The notes under the pieces were generated by a model that saw nothing but the letters and a program-made list of their open reading frames with translations, was not told where the DNA came from and did not search any database. This document shows, piece after piece, positions 38,229-52,000 of a stretch of 64,000 nt of DNA. Position 1 is the first letter of the stretch. Every line of letters starts with the position of its first letter. This DNA comes from Convolutriloba macropyga (lineage: Eukaryota): the NCBI RefSeq assembly GCF_964194025.1, contig NC_134482.1, positions 1,178,001 to 1,242,000 of the forward strand, read 5' to 3'. The position numbers and the translations under genes are program-made.

Positions 38229-38409
38229 CCTTGTTGTATCTTTCCCACAATGTGTTAGCCAGTTCCTTCAATGGGGCTGTGCAGTTGTTGCCTGTATTAA
38301 CGACCTGAACGACAGGAACTGCAAAGCAAACACTGAGCAGCCACGATAGCATTACAACCATCAAGTTGAGGTTGCAAATGGGCAACCTGACCAAGTATCC
38401 GAGATCCAT
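38229..38409 (-). CDS. Secreted Cys-containing protein A, coding exon 1 (signal peptide)
   Basis: MDLGYLVRLPICNLNLMVVMLSWLLSVCFA|VPVV..NNCTAPLKELANTLWERYNK; consensus donor GTGAGT at 38228; alternative ATG at 38361. Confidence 0.8.
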
Positions 38410-39424
38410 TGCACGTTTAGATTGTAGAGCGAGTTTCTTCTCCACTGAGATGGTTTCTGGTTATTTTCTGACTGTCGAGTTTTCTTAACAAGACTTCTCA
38501 AGGGGCTGAGTTCTGGTAATTCTCTGACTTCAAGTTATCTTTTGTCAAGATGCTGAGTTCTGGTTTATTTCTGACCGGCGAGTTTCTTTTAGCGAGTATG
38601 TTGAATGTGAGTTTTTGGTGGTTAGATCGATTGAGTAAACGTATTGGAAATTTAGACTGAATCAAGATTAATTTTTTTGAATTTAAATCTTTTAAAAGAT
38701 TCCAACTGAGCTGGGAGTGAACAAAAAAGGTTTATGAGAGATAGTGGGTCTGATCTTTTCTTCATACTTTCGGTCGTCGCCATAATAACGACACTTGAGC
38801 TGAAAATTAACAATATTTTTCAATATACCTTTTAGTACTTACGTTAATACCACTTGCACAACACTTATCAAATAAAATGCTTGTTTTGTTGACTGAAAAG
38901 AGAGAAAGCTGTAAAATTACATCACTTTTGTGTCAAGTATCAGATTACGCACTCTTTTTTGGTCATTGATACAGGCCCCCATGATCTCTATTAGCGAAAT
39001 TAGTCTAACGTGTTGACATTAGCAGTTTTTTTTGCCTTTTGTTGCCATTTTAGGCAAAAGAATTGAGCCGAATTGACATAAGTTTTCGGCTGCAAGATTT
39101 TGCAATGCACGAATTTACAAAGTAAACTCTAGCCGTAAATTAACTATTAGAATAAAATTAATTTAAGGCTTTACCGACAAATTTGACCGAAGACTATTGT
39201 TAGTCCAAATATTTTTTAAAAAAATCAACAAATTTAAGTAAGGCTGTCTTTTTCCTGGAGAAGTGTTCTCAAATTTTTAACGTCTCCGAGAAAGTAATAC
39301 CATAATAAAACCCGATCTCCAAGAATCTCTTCTAAACACGCCGGGAAACCACATCAGCTGAAATAACTAACAGTTTTTGGGTCTTTTCCAATATAGTCCC
39401 CGTTATAGTATATTTATCGTAATT

Positions 39425-39502
39425 GAGAGAGAGAGAGAGGTATGTATTTGTGTGTGTATGTGTGCGTGCGTGTATGTGTGCGTACGCATGTTTGTGTGTG
39501 TG
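39425..39502. repeat. (GA)n/(GT)n compound microsatellite
   Basis: gagagagagagagagg followed by degenerate tgtgtg/tgcgtg. Confidence 0.9.
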
Positions 39503-40077
39503 GCGCGGGGGTGAGGGGCTGTTATGTGAAAGATCCCAATTTTTCGAGAATTGTGGCAATGGCTCGTGAATCCGAAAAAAAGATAGGAAATAAGACGTTA
39601 TGATCTCTGCTGTGATTCATATTACTTAACTTAAAACTTGAGTAGTATTTGTACTGTACTGAATTAGGACTTTCAAATCGACTACTGGTATAATGCTATC
39701 GCTCTCTGTATCAGAGCGAGCAATAACTCAGCTTTTTGAAACTGGGATCCGAATATCGAAAATTTTGGGCGAATAGGCAAAGGTGACTTCAATAGCAAAT
39801 CAAGTTATCTTTTGTCAAGATGCTGAGTTCTGGTTAATGTCTTGATGAACAATTGCTGGAAACCAAAAGCCTAAAAAGAAGAAAACAAATGGTGGATTAA
39901 GGATCCTTAGAAAAAAAAATTGGCCTCGTTTTCGACTCTTTTGGTTTTAATGTATACATAATGAAGTTGATGCTGGCTTAAAGCTCCCAAAGTAAGTTTC
40001 GCTTCGCTCCTCAAACTTAAAAAATAACTAAGACAGTTTTTTGGAAAATTGTATTGGAAGCACACAATCTGAGTAGA

Positions 40078-43000
40078 TTTAACTAAATTTTGGATAAATT
40101 GACGTCATCTAAGCCAGTTTCAGCCTTTTTTGTCCTTATTCTGTAAAAACAGAGGCCGTGAACATATTTATGCAGCCTGAAAAATTTTGAATGTTCGCAG
40201 AATGCTTCCCTCTGAGGGTTCAAAGTTATGTTGACATTTTTTGTCGCGTTTCACTCTTGGTTGCATTTGCATCATGTCAAATATTCTCATTTAAACTCTT
40301 TGTTGGGAAAAAGGCGCCATAAAGGCTAACGTAACGTAAAACTTAATTTTAAAATTATAATGATAAGAATTGCAAAGTTTTGCCAAAATGCGTTTGTGTT
40401 GTATAAAATTTTGAAGTGTTTTTGAGAAAACTATAGGTGTAATGAAAAGCTTCCATCAAAAATATAGGCATGTTTTACTTTTACTTTGAGAAAACTTCTA
40501 GGTCCGAATGTTGGTACTATGTTGGTCCAAATGTTTCGTACTATCAATTTTTTCACTTTGCTGAAATCAGTAAGGTTATGACGATCGTTGAAAAATAAGT
40601 CCATGTAAAGCAGGGTAACAATACGAAGAACTTGAAGTTGAATTAAATGCAATAAATGTCCTAGAGACAAAATTAAGTTCAAAATTTTGTGAATTATCTT
40701 TTGGCATGTCAGTTTGTTTTGTTTGACAGACAAGAAGAACTACTGTATATATTAACAATTATGACGCATTGATGTGCCTGTAGCATAATCAGACAAAAAT
40801 TGTTCAAAATAGATTTGCTTCTGAGATCCCGAATGTGGATTTATTTGTCATTTGTAGATGTTTTGTGGTTTAAGCGATGTTTGTTGTCTTGTTTAATTTA
40901 TTGAAACAGATCTTCCATTAAGGTTTTCAATAAATGTTCGGAAACATTTTTTCGGGTTTTTGTTAACTACTATGTCTAAAGATATAAAAATGGCATTCTT
41001 TTTCTAATTTTTCAAAAAGATTTTTTTGCGCTGTTGGTATTTGTTAATTGATGTGCAATACAATTGATGTGAAATGTACATTTAATTTTGCCCAATGTCT
41101 CTTTAATAGCCGCACAGCAATAGCTGGGGCTATTATTGGCCTTCGCTTGATTTTTTACAATTCAAAGAGTTTTTACAATTCAGAGAATTTGAATTGTATT
41201 GGGGCGCTGTCTTTTTTCTTTTTTTAAAGATCTGTTCACACATTTTCATGATTTTTGTAGTCAAATTGGAGTAGTGATTAATAGCCGCACAGCGCTAGCT
41301 GGGGCTATTATTGGCCTTCTTCCGGTTTTTTATTTCGTCGTCGCGATTTTACGACCATATGACGTCACAACCACTTCAAATCTGCTTTTTGTGCATTCGG
41401 TCACGCAATTTCAACTGAAGTGCGTGTGTGACGTCATTTTTCGCTCTTAGTGGAGCGATTTTTTTGTCCATTTGCGTGATTAACTTTTTGGTCACACTTG
41501 ACTTACCTCACTCTCAAAAATGACTTCCTGACTCTAAAATTGGCTTCTCTTTGCTATAATTCAAAGAGATAAGGTCAAATGAGTGCGTGTCACTCTAAAT
41601 GAAGGTTATTTAAGAGCAGCTAATAGAGGCAGCAAAAATTTATACAGATTTTTAATCAAAATATAACATATCAGCCTTCAATGAAAAGACGAATTTTTTG
41701 GTCAGTCCTTTACCGTTTTTTTGAGATTGCAGATCTACAAAGCTATTGCGGCTATTTTCTGGCAATCTGCCAATTATGTTTTTCGTCACGCCGAAAAAGG
41801 AAATGGAGTGAAAAAGCAATTGGTTTTGAGGCGTGAAATTTTTTCGCTCTAACTTTAGAGTAGAGTGAGAAAACGGTGTTTCAACAAAAATTCGCTTTCT
41901 CGCTAGTGGATTTTTGTTCAGTTTTTTTTCAATTTTTTTGGATAGGATTTTTTAATATGGTTTTCCCCAATCCATTCATAGGTCATTTGAGCCTAGTTTT
42001 TTGTTTGAGCCAAATTTCCATTTCTCTCACACGCGTTTTTCGTTCACACGCGGCATTTTGACATTGATTTTCAGTTTTTTTGTTTTGTTTGATCTGATTT
42101 GTTTAGAAATAGTTTTCCCAATTCAATTATACTCCGTTTTGGGTCTAGCTTTTTGTTTAGTCTATGAAAACTCTTTGAATTGTACATCAGGACTTGTCCT
42201 GCTATGTTTTTTTATTTCGACCGTCATGATTTTTGTTACGACCATATGACGTCACAACCACTTCAAATCTGCTTTTTGTTCATTCATTCATGCAATTTTA
42301 ACCAGAGTGCGTGTGTGACGTTATTTTTTGCTCTCCGTGGAGCGAGTTTTCGTTCATTCGCGTGATTAAATTTTTGGTCACACTTGACTTACCTCACTCT
42401 CAAAATTGACTTCCTGACTCTAAAATTGGCTTCTCTTAACTATAATTCAAAGAGATAAGGTCAAATGGATGTGTGTCACTCTAATTGAAGGCTATTTGAA
42501 AGCAGCTAATAGAGGCATCAAAAATTTATACAGATTTTTAATCAAAATATAACATATCAGCCGTCAATGAAAAGACGAATTTTTTGGTCAGTCTTTTACC
42601 GTTTTTTTGAGATCGCAGATCTACGAAGCTATTGCGGCTATTTTCTGGCAATCTGCCAACTATGTTTTTGATCACGCCGAAACAGGAAATGGAGCGAAGA
42701 AGCAATTGGTTTTGAGGCGTGAAATTTTTTCGCTCTAACTTTAAAGTAGAGTGAGAAAACGGGGTTTGAACAAAAATTCGCTTTCTTGCTAGTGGATTTT
42801 TGTTCACATGCGGCAATTTGACTTTGATTTTCACTGTTTTTTTTTCAATTTTTTTTGATAGGATTTTTTAATATAGTTTTCCCCAATCCATTCATAGGTC
42901 ATTTTAGCCTAGTTTTTTGTTTGAGCCAAATTTCCATTTCTCTCACGCGTTTTTCGTTCACACGCGGCATTTTGACATTGATTTTCAGTTTTTTTGTTTT

Positions 43001-46000
43001 GTTTGATCTGATTTGTTTAGAAATAGTTTTCCCAATTCAGTTATATTCTGTTTTGGGTCTAGCTTTTTGTTTAGTCTATGAAAATTCTTTGAATTGTACA
43101 TCAGGACTTGTCCTGCTATGTTTTTTTATTTCGACCGTCATGATTTTTGTTACGACCATATGACGTCACAACCACTTCAAATCTGCTTTTTGTTCATTCA
43201 TTCATGCAAAATTAACCAGAGTGCGTGTGTGACGTTATTTTTTGCTCTCCGTGGAGCGAGTTTTCGTTCATTCGCGTGATTAAATTATTGGTCACACTTG
43301 ACTTACCTCACTCTCAAAAATGACTTCCTGACTCTAAAATTGGCTTCTCTTAACTATAATTCAAAGAGATAAGGTCAAATGGATGTGTGTCACTCTAAAT
43401 GAAGGCTATTTGAAAGCAGCTAATAGAGGCATCAAAAATTTATACAGATTTTTAATCAAAATATAACATATCAGCCGTCAATGAAAAGACGAATTTTTTG
43501 GTCAGTCTTTTACCGTTTTTTTGAGATCGCAGATCTACGAAGCTATTGCGGCTATTTTCTGGCAATCTGCCAACTATGTTTTTGATCACGCCGAAACAGG
43601 AAATGGAGCGAAGAAGCAATTGGTTTTGAGGCGTGAAATTTTTTCGCTCTAACTTTAAAGTAGAGTGAGAAAACGGGGTTTGAACAAAAATTCGCTTTCT
43701 TGCTAGTGGATTTTTGTTCACATGCGGCAATTTGACTTTGATTTTCACTGTTTTTTTTTTCAATTTTTTTGGATAGGATTTTTTAATATAGTTTTCCCCA
43801 ATCCATTCATAGGTCATTTTAGCCTAGTTTTTTGTTTGAGCCAAATTTCCATTTCTCTCACGCGTTTTTCGTTCACACGCGGCATTTTGGCATTGATTTT
43901 CAGTTTTTTTGTTTTGTTTGATCTGATTTGTTTAGAAATAGTTTTCCCAATTCAGTTATATTCTGTTTTGGGTCTAGCTTTTTGTTTAGTCTATGAAAAT
44001 TCTTTGAATTGTACATCAGGACTTGTCCTGCTATGTTTTTTTATTTCGACCGTCATGATTTTTGTTACGACCATATGACGTCACAACCACTTTTTGTTCA
44101 TTCGTTCATGCAATTTCAACATAAGTGCGTGCGTGACTGCATATTTCGCTCTTAGTGGAGCACGTTGTTTTGTTCATTGTCGTGATTAAATTTTTTTTCA
44201 CACGTGACTTACCTCACTCTCAAAAATATCTTCCTGGCTTTGAAATTGACTTTTTGACTTATTTGACTTATTTACTTTAATTCAAAGAGATAAGGTCAAG
44301 TGAATGTGTCACTTCAAATCTGCTTTTTGTTCATTATTGCTTGCATTTTTAACCAGAGTGCGTGTGTGACGTTATTTTTGCTCTCCATGGAGCGAGTTTT
44401 CGTTCATTCGCGTGATTAAATTTTTGGTCACACTTGACTTACCTCACTCTCAAAAATGACTTCCTGACTCTAAAATTGGCTTCTCTTAACTATAATTCAA
44501 AGAGATAGGGTCAAATGGATGTGTGTCACTCTAAATGAAGGCTATTTGAAATCAGCTAATAGAGGCAGAAAAAACTTATACAGATTTTTTTTATCAAAAT
44601 ATAACATATCAGCCTTCAATGAAAAGACGTTTTTTTGGTCTGTCTTTTACTGTTTTTGTTTGACACTGCAATTCACTTCGTTTAACTAAATTTTGGATTA
44701 ATTGACGTCATCTAAGCCAGTTTCAGCCTTTTTTGTCCTTATTCTGTAAAAACAGAGGCCGTGAACATATTTATGCAGCCTGAAAAATTTTGAATGTTTG
44801 CAGAATGCTTCCCTCTGAGGGTTCAAAGTTATGTTGACATTTTTTGTTGCGTTTCATTCTTGGTTGCATTTGCATCATGTCAAATATTCTCATTTAAACT
44901 CTTTGTTGGGAAAAAGGCGCCATAAAGGCTAACGTAACGTAAAACTTCTTAATTTTAAAATTACAATGATAAGAATTGCAAAGTTTTGCCAAATTGCATT
45001 TGTGTTGTATAAAATTTTGAAGTGTATTTGAGAAAACTATAGGTGTAATGAAAAGCTTCCATCAAAAATATAGGCATGTTTTACTTTTACTTTGAGAAAA
45101 CTTCTAGGTCCGAATGTTGGTACTATGTTGGTCCAAATGTTTCGTACTATCAATTTTTTCACTTTGCTGAAATCAGTAAGGTTATGACGATCGTTGAAAA
45201 ATAAGTCCATGTAAAGCAGGGTAACAATACGAAGAACTTGAAGTTGAATTAAATGCAATAAATGTCCTAGAGACAAAATTAAGTTCAAAATTTTGTGAAT
45301 TATCTTTTGGCATGTCAGTTTGTTTTGTTTGACAGACAAGAAGAACTACTGTATATATTAACAATTATGACGCATTGATGTGCCTGTAGCATAATCAGAC
45401 AAAAATTGTTCAAAATAGATTTGCTTCTGAGATCCCGAATGTGGATTTATTTGTCATTTGTAGATGTTTTGTGGTTTAAGCGATGTTTGTTGTCTTGTTT
45501 AATTTATTGAAACAGATCTTCCATTAAGGTTTTCAATAAATGTTCGGAAACATTTTTTCGGGTTTTTGTTAACTACTATGTCTAAAGATATAAAAATGGC
45601 ATTCTTTTTCTAATTTTTCAAAAAGATTTTTTTGCGCTGTTGGTATTTGTTAATTGATGTGCATTACAATTGATGTGAAATGTACATTTAATTTTGCCCA
45701 ATGTCTCTTTAATAGCCGCACAGCAATAGCTGGGGCTATTATTGGCCTTCGCTTGATTTTTTACAATTCAAAGAGTTTTTACAATTCAGAGAATTTGAAT
45801 TGTATTGGGGCGCTGTCTTTTTTCTTTTTTTAAAGATCTGTTCACACATTTTCATGATTTTTGAAGTCAAATTGGAGTAGTGATTAATAGCCGCACAGCG
45901 CTAGCTGGGGCTATTATTGGTCTTCTTTCGGTTTTTTATTTCGTCGCGATTTTACGACCATATGACGTCACAACCACTTCAAATCTGCTTTTTGTGCATT

Positions 46001-49000
46001 CGGTCACGCAATTTCAACTGAAGTGCGTGTGTGACGTCATTTCTTAGTGGAGCGATTTTTTGTCCATTTGCGTGATTAACTTTTTGGTCACACTTGACTT
46101 ACCTCACTCTCAAAAATGACTTCCTGACTCTAATATTGGCTTCTCTTAACTATAATTCAAAGAGATAAGGTCAAATGAGCGCGTGTGACTCTAAATGAAG
46201 GTTATTTAAAAGCAGCTATTAGAGGCAGCAAAAATTTATACAGATTTTTAATCAAAATAAAACATATCAGCCTTCAATGAAAAGACGAATTTTTTGGTCA
46301 GTCTTTTACCGTTTTTTTGAGATTGCAGATCTACAAAGCTATTGCGGCTATTTTCTGGCAATCTGCCAATTATGTTTTTCGTCACGCCGAAACAGGAAAT
46401 GGAGTGAAAAAGCAATTGGTTTTGAGGCGTGAAATTTTTTCGCTAACTTTAGAGTGAGAAAACGGTGTTTGAACAAAAATTCGCTTTCTCGCTAGTGGAT
46501 TTTTGTTCACTGTTTTTTTTTTTCAATTTTTTTGGATAGGATTTTTTTAATATGGTTTTCCCCAATCCATTCATAGGTCATTTTAGCCTAGTTTTTTGTT
46601 TGAGCCAAATTTCCCTTTCTCTCACGCGTTTTTCGTTCACACGCGGCATTTTGACATTGATTTTCAGTTTTTTTGTTTTGTTTGATCTGATTTGTTTAGA
46701 AATAGTTTTCCCAATTCAATTATACTCCGTTTTGGGTCTAGCTTTTTGTTTAGTCTATGAAAACTCTTTGAATTGTACATCAGGACTTGTCCTGCTATGT
46801 CTTTTTATATCGACCGTCATGATTTTTGTTGCGACCATACGACGTCACAACCACTTCAAATCTGCTTTTTGTTCATTCATTCATGCAATTTTAACCAGAG
46901 TGCGTGTGTGACGTTATTTTTTGCTCTTCGTGGAGCGAGTTTTCGTTCATTTGCGTGATTAAATTTTTGGTCACACTTGACTTACCTCACTCTCAAAAAT
47001 GACTTCCTCACTTTGAAATAGACTTATTTACTTTAATTCAAAGAGATATGGTCAAATGGTTGTGTGTCACTCTAAATGAAGGCTATTTGAAAGCAGCTAA
47101 TAGAGGCAGCAAAAATTTATACAGATTTTTAATCAAAATATAACATATCATCCTTCAATGAAAAGACGAATTTTTTGGTCAGTCTTTTACCGTTTTTTTC
47201 AGATCGCAGATCTACGAAGCTATTGCGGCTATTTTCTGGCAATCTGCCAACTATGTTTTTGGTCACGCCGAAACAGGCAATGGAGCGAAGAAGCAATTGG
47301 TTTTGAGGCGTGAAATTTTTTCGCTCTAACTTTAAAGTAGTGTGAGAAAACGGGGTTTGAACACAAATTCGCTTTCTTGCTAGTGGATTTTTGTTCACAT
47401 GCGGCAATTTGACTTTGATTTTCACTGTTTTTTTTTTCAATTTTTTTGGATAGGATTTTTTAATATGGTTTTCCCCAATCCAGTCATAGGTCATTTTAGC
47501 CTAGTTTTTTGTTTGAGCCAAATTTCCATTTCTCTCCGCGTTTTTCGTTCACACGCGGCATTTTGACATTGATTTTCAGTTTTTTGTTTTGTTTGATCTG
47601 ATTTGTTTAGAAATAGTTTTCCCAATTCAGTTATACTCCATTTTGGGTCTAGCTTTTGTTTAGTCTATGGAAATTCTTTGAATTGTACATCAGGACTTGT
47701 CCTGCTATGTTTTTTATTTCGACCGTCATGATTTTTGTTACGACCATATGACGATCGTTAAAAAATAAGTCCATGTAAAGCAGGGTAACAATACGAAGAA
47801 CTTGAAGTTGAATTAAATGCAATAAATGTCCTAGAGAGAAAATGAAGTTCAAAGTTTTGTGAATTATCTTTTGGCATGTCAGTTTGTTTTGTTTGACAGA
47901 CAAGAAGAACTACTGTATATATTAACAATTATGACGCATTGATGTGCCTGTAGCATAATCAGACAAAAATTGTTCAAAATAGATTTGCTTCTGAGATCCC
48001 GAATGTGGATTTATTTGTCATTTGTAGATGTTTTGTGGTTTAAGCGATGTTTGTTGTCTTGTTTAATTTATTGAAACAGATCTTCCATTAAGGTTTTCAA
48101 TAAATGTTCGGAAACATTTTTTCGGGTTTTTGTTAACTACTATGTCTAAAGATATAAAAATGGCATTCTTTTTCTAATTTTTCAAAAAGATTTTTTTGCG
48201 CTGTTAGTATTTGTTAATTGATGTGCAATACAATTGATGTGAAATGTACATTTAATTTTGCTCAATGTCTCTTTAATAGCCGCACAGCAATAGCTGGGGC
48301 TATTATTGGCCTTCGCTTGATTTTTTACAATTCAAAGAGTTTTTACAATTCAGAGAATTTGAATTGTATTAGGGCGCTGTCTTTTTTCTTTTTTTAAAGA
48401 TCTGTTCACAGATCTGTTTTTAAAGATCTGGCAATCTGCCAACTATGTTTTTGGTCACGCCGAAACAGGCAATGGAGCGAAGAAGCAATTGGTTTTGAGG
48501 CGTGAAATTTTTTCGCTCTAACTTTAAAGTAGTGTGAGAAAACGGGGTTTGAACACAAATTCGCTTTCTTGCTAGTGGATTTTTGTTCACATGCGGCAAT
48601 TTGACTTTGATTTTCACTGTTTTTTTTCAATTTTTTTGGATAGGATTTTTTAATATGGTTTTCCCCAATCCAGTCATAGGTCATTTTAGCCTAGTTTTTT
48701 GTTTGAGCCAAATTTCCATTTCTCTCCGCGTTTTTCGTTCACACGCGGCATTTTGACATTGATTTTCAGTTTTTTGTTTTGTTTGATCTGATTTGTTTAG
48801 AAATAGTTTTCCCAATTCAGTTATACTCCATTTTGGGTCTAGCTTTTGTTTAGTCTATGGAAATTCTTTGAATTGTACATCAGGACTTGTCCTGCTATGT
48901 TTTTTATTTCGACCGTCATGATTTTTGTTACGACCATATGACGTCACAACCACTTTTTGTTCATTCGTTCATGCAATTTCAACATAAGTGCGTGCGTGAC

Positions 49001-52000
49001 TTCATATTTTGCTCTTAGTGGAGCATGTTTTTTTGTTCATAGTCGTGATTAATTTTTTTTTCACACGTGACTTACCTCACTCTCAAAAATAACTTCCTGG
49101 CTTTGAAATTGAGTTTTTTTGACTTATTTGACTTATTTACTTTAATTCAAAGAGATAAGGTCAATCGAATGTGTCACTTCAAATCTGCTTTTTGTTCATG
49201 ATTTCTTGCATTTTTAACCAGAGTGCGTGTGTGACGTTATTTTTTGCTCTTCGTGGAGCGAGTTTTTGTTCATTCGCGTGATTAAATTTTTGGTCACACT
49301 TGACTTACCTCACTCTCAAAAATGACTTCCTCACTTTGAATTAGACTTATTTACTTCAATTCAAAGAGATAAGGTCAAATGGATGTGTGTCACTGCAAAT
49401 GAAGGCTATTTGAAAGCAGCTAATAGAGGCAGCAAACACTTATACAGATTTTTTATCAAAATATAACATATCATCCTTCAATGAAAAGACGTTTTTTTGG
49501 TCTGTCTTTTTTTACTGTTTTTGTTTGACACTGCAATTCACTTCATTTAACTAAATTTTGGATTAATTGACGTCATCTAAGCCAGTTTCAGCCTTTTTTG
49601 TCCTTATTCTGTAAAAACAGAGGCCGTGAAGATATTTACAGCAGCCTGAAAAATTTTGAATGTTCGCAGACTGCTTCCCTCTGAGGGTTCAAAGTTATGT
49701 TGACATTTTTTGTCACGTTTCACTCTTGGTTGCATTTGCATCATGTCAAATATTCTCATTTAAACTCTTTGTTGGGAAAAAGGCGCCATAAAGGCTAACG
49801 TAACGTAAAACTTAATTTTAAAATTATAATGATAAGAATTGCAAAGTTTTGCCAAAATGCGTTTGTGTTGTATAAAATTTTGAAGTGTTTTTGAGAAAAC
49901 TATAGGTGTAATGAAAAGCTTCCATCAAAAATATAGGCATGTTTTACTTTTAGTTTGAGAAAACTTCAAGGTCCGAATGTTGGTACTATGTTGGTCCAAA
50001 TGTTTCGTACTATCAATTTTTTCACTTTGCTGAAATCAGTAAGGTTATGACGATCGTTGAAAAATAAGTCCATGTAAAGCAGGGTAACAATACGAAGAAC
50101 TTGAAGTTGAATTAAATGCAATAAATGTCCTAGAGAGAAAATGAAGTTCAAAGTTTTGTGAATTATCTTTTGGCATGTCAGTTTGTTTTGTTTGACAGAC
50201 AAGAAGAACTACTGTATATATTAACAATTATGACGCATTGATGTGCCTGTAGCATAATCAGACAAAAATTGTTCAAAATAGATTTGCTTCTGAGATCCCG
50301 AATGTGGATTTATTTGTCATTTGTAGATGTTTTGTGGTTTAAGCGATGTTTGTTGTCTTGTTTAATTTATTGAAACAGATCTTCCATTAAGGTTTTCAAT
50401 AAATGTTCGGAAACATTTTTTCGGGTTTTTGTTAACTACTATGTCTAAAGATATAAAAATGGCATTCTTTTTCTAATTTTTCAAAAAGATTTTTTTGCGC
50501 TGTTAGTATTTGTTAATTGATGTGCAATACAATTGATGTGAAATGTACATTTAATTTTGCTCAATGTCTCTTTAATAGCCGCACAGCAATAGCTGGGGCT
50601 ATTATTGGCCTTCGCTTGCTTTTTTACAATTCAAAGAGTTTTTACAATTCAGAGAATTTGAATTGTATTAGGGCGCTGTCTTTTTTCTTTTTTTAAAGAT
50701 CTGTTCACACATTTTCATGATTTTTGAAGTCAAATTGGAGTAGTGATTAATAGCCGCACAGCGCTAGCTGGGGCTATTATTGGCCTTCTTTCGGTTTTTT
50801 ATTTCGTCGTCGCGATTTTACGACCATATGACGTCACAACCACTTCAAATCTGCTTTTTGTGCATTCGGTCACGCAATTTCAACTGAAGTGCGTGTGTGA
50901 CGTCATTTTTCGCTCTTAGTGGAGCGATTTTTTTGTCCATTTGCGTGATTAACTTTTTGGTCACACTTGACTTACCTCACTCTCAAAAATGACTTCCTCA
51001 CTTTGAATTAGACTTATTTACTTCAATTCAAAGAGATATGGTCAAATGGATGTGTGTTACTCCAAATGAAGGCTATTTGAAAGCAGCTAATAGAGGCAGC
51101 AAAAACTTATACAGATTTTTTTATCAAAATATAACATATCAGCCTTCAATGAAAAGACGTTTTTTTGGTCTGTCTTTTTTTACTGTTTTTGTTTGACACT
51201 GCAATTCACTTCATTTAACTAAATTTTGGATTAATTGACGTCATCTAAGCCAGTTTTAGCCTTTTTTGTCCTTATTCTGTAAAAACAGAGGCCGTGAAGA
51301 TATTTACAGCAGCCTGAAAAATTTTGAATGTTCGCACAATGCTTCTTTCTGAGGGTTCAAAGTTATGTTGACATTTTTTGTCGCGTTTCACTCTTGGTTG
51401 CATTTGCATCATGTCAAATATTCTCATTTAAACTCTTTGTTGGGAAAAAGGCGCCATAAAGGCTAACGTAACGTAAAACTTAATTTTAAAATTATAATGA
51501 TAAGAATTGCAAAGTTTTGCCAAAATGCGTTTGTGTTGTATAAAATTTTGAAGTGTTTTTGAGAAAACTATAGGTGTAATGAAAAGCTTCCATCAAAAAT
51601 ATAGGCATGTTTTACTTTTAGTTTGAGAAAACTTCAAGGTCCGAATGTTGGTACTATGTTGGTCCAAATGTTTCGTACTATCAATTTTTTCACTTTGCTG
51701 AAATCAGTAAGGTTATGACGATCGTTGAAAAATAAGTCCATGTAAAGCAGGGTAACAATACGAAGAACTTGAAGTTGAATTAAATGCAATAAATGTCCTA
51801 GAGAGAAAATGAAGTTCAAAGTTTTGTGAATTATCTTTTGGCATGTCAGTTTGTTTTGTTTGACAGACAAGAAGAACTACTGTATATATTAACAATTATG
51901 ACGCATTGATGTGCCTGTAGCATAATCAGACAAAAATTGTTCAAAATAGATTTGCTTCTGAGATCCCGAATGTGGATTTATTTGTCATTTGTAGATGTTT

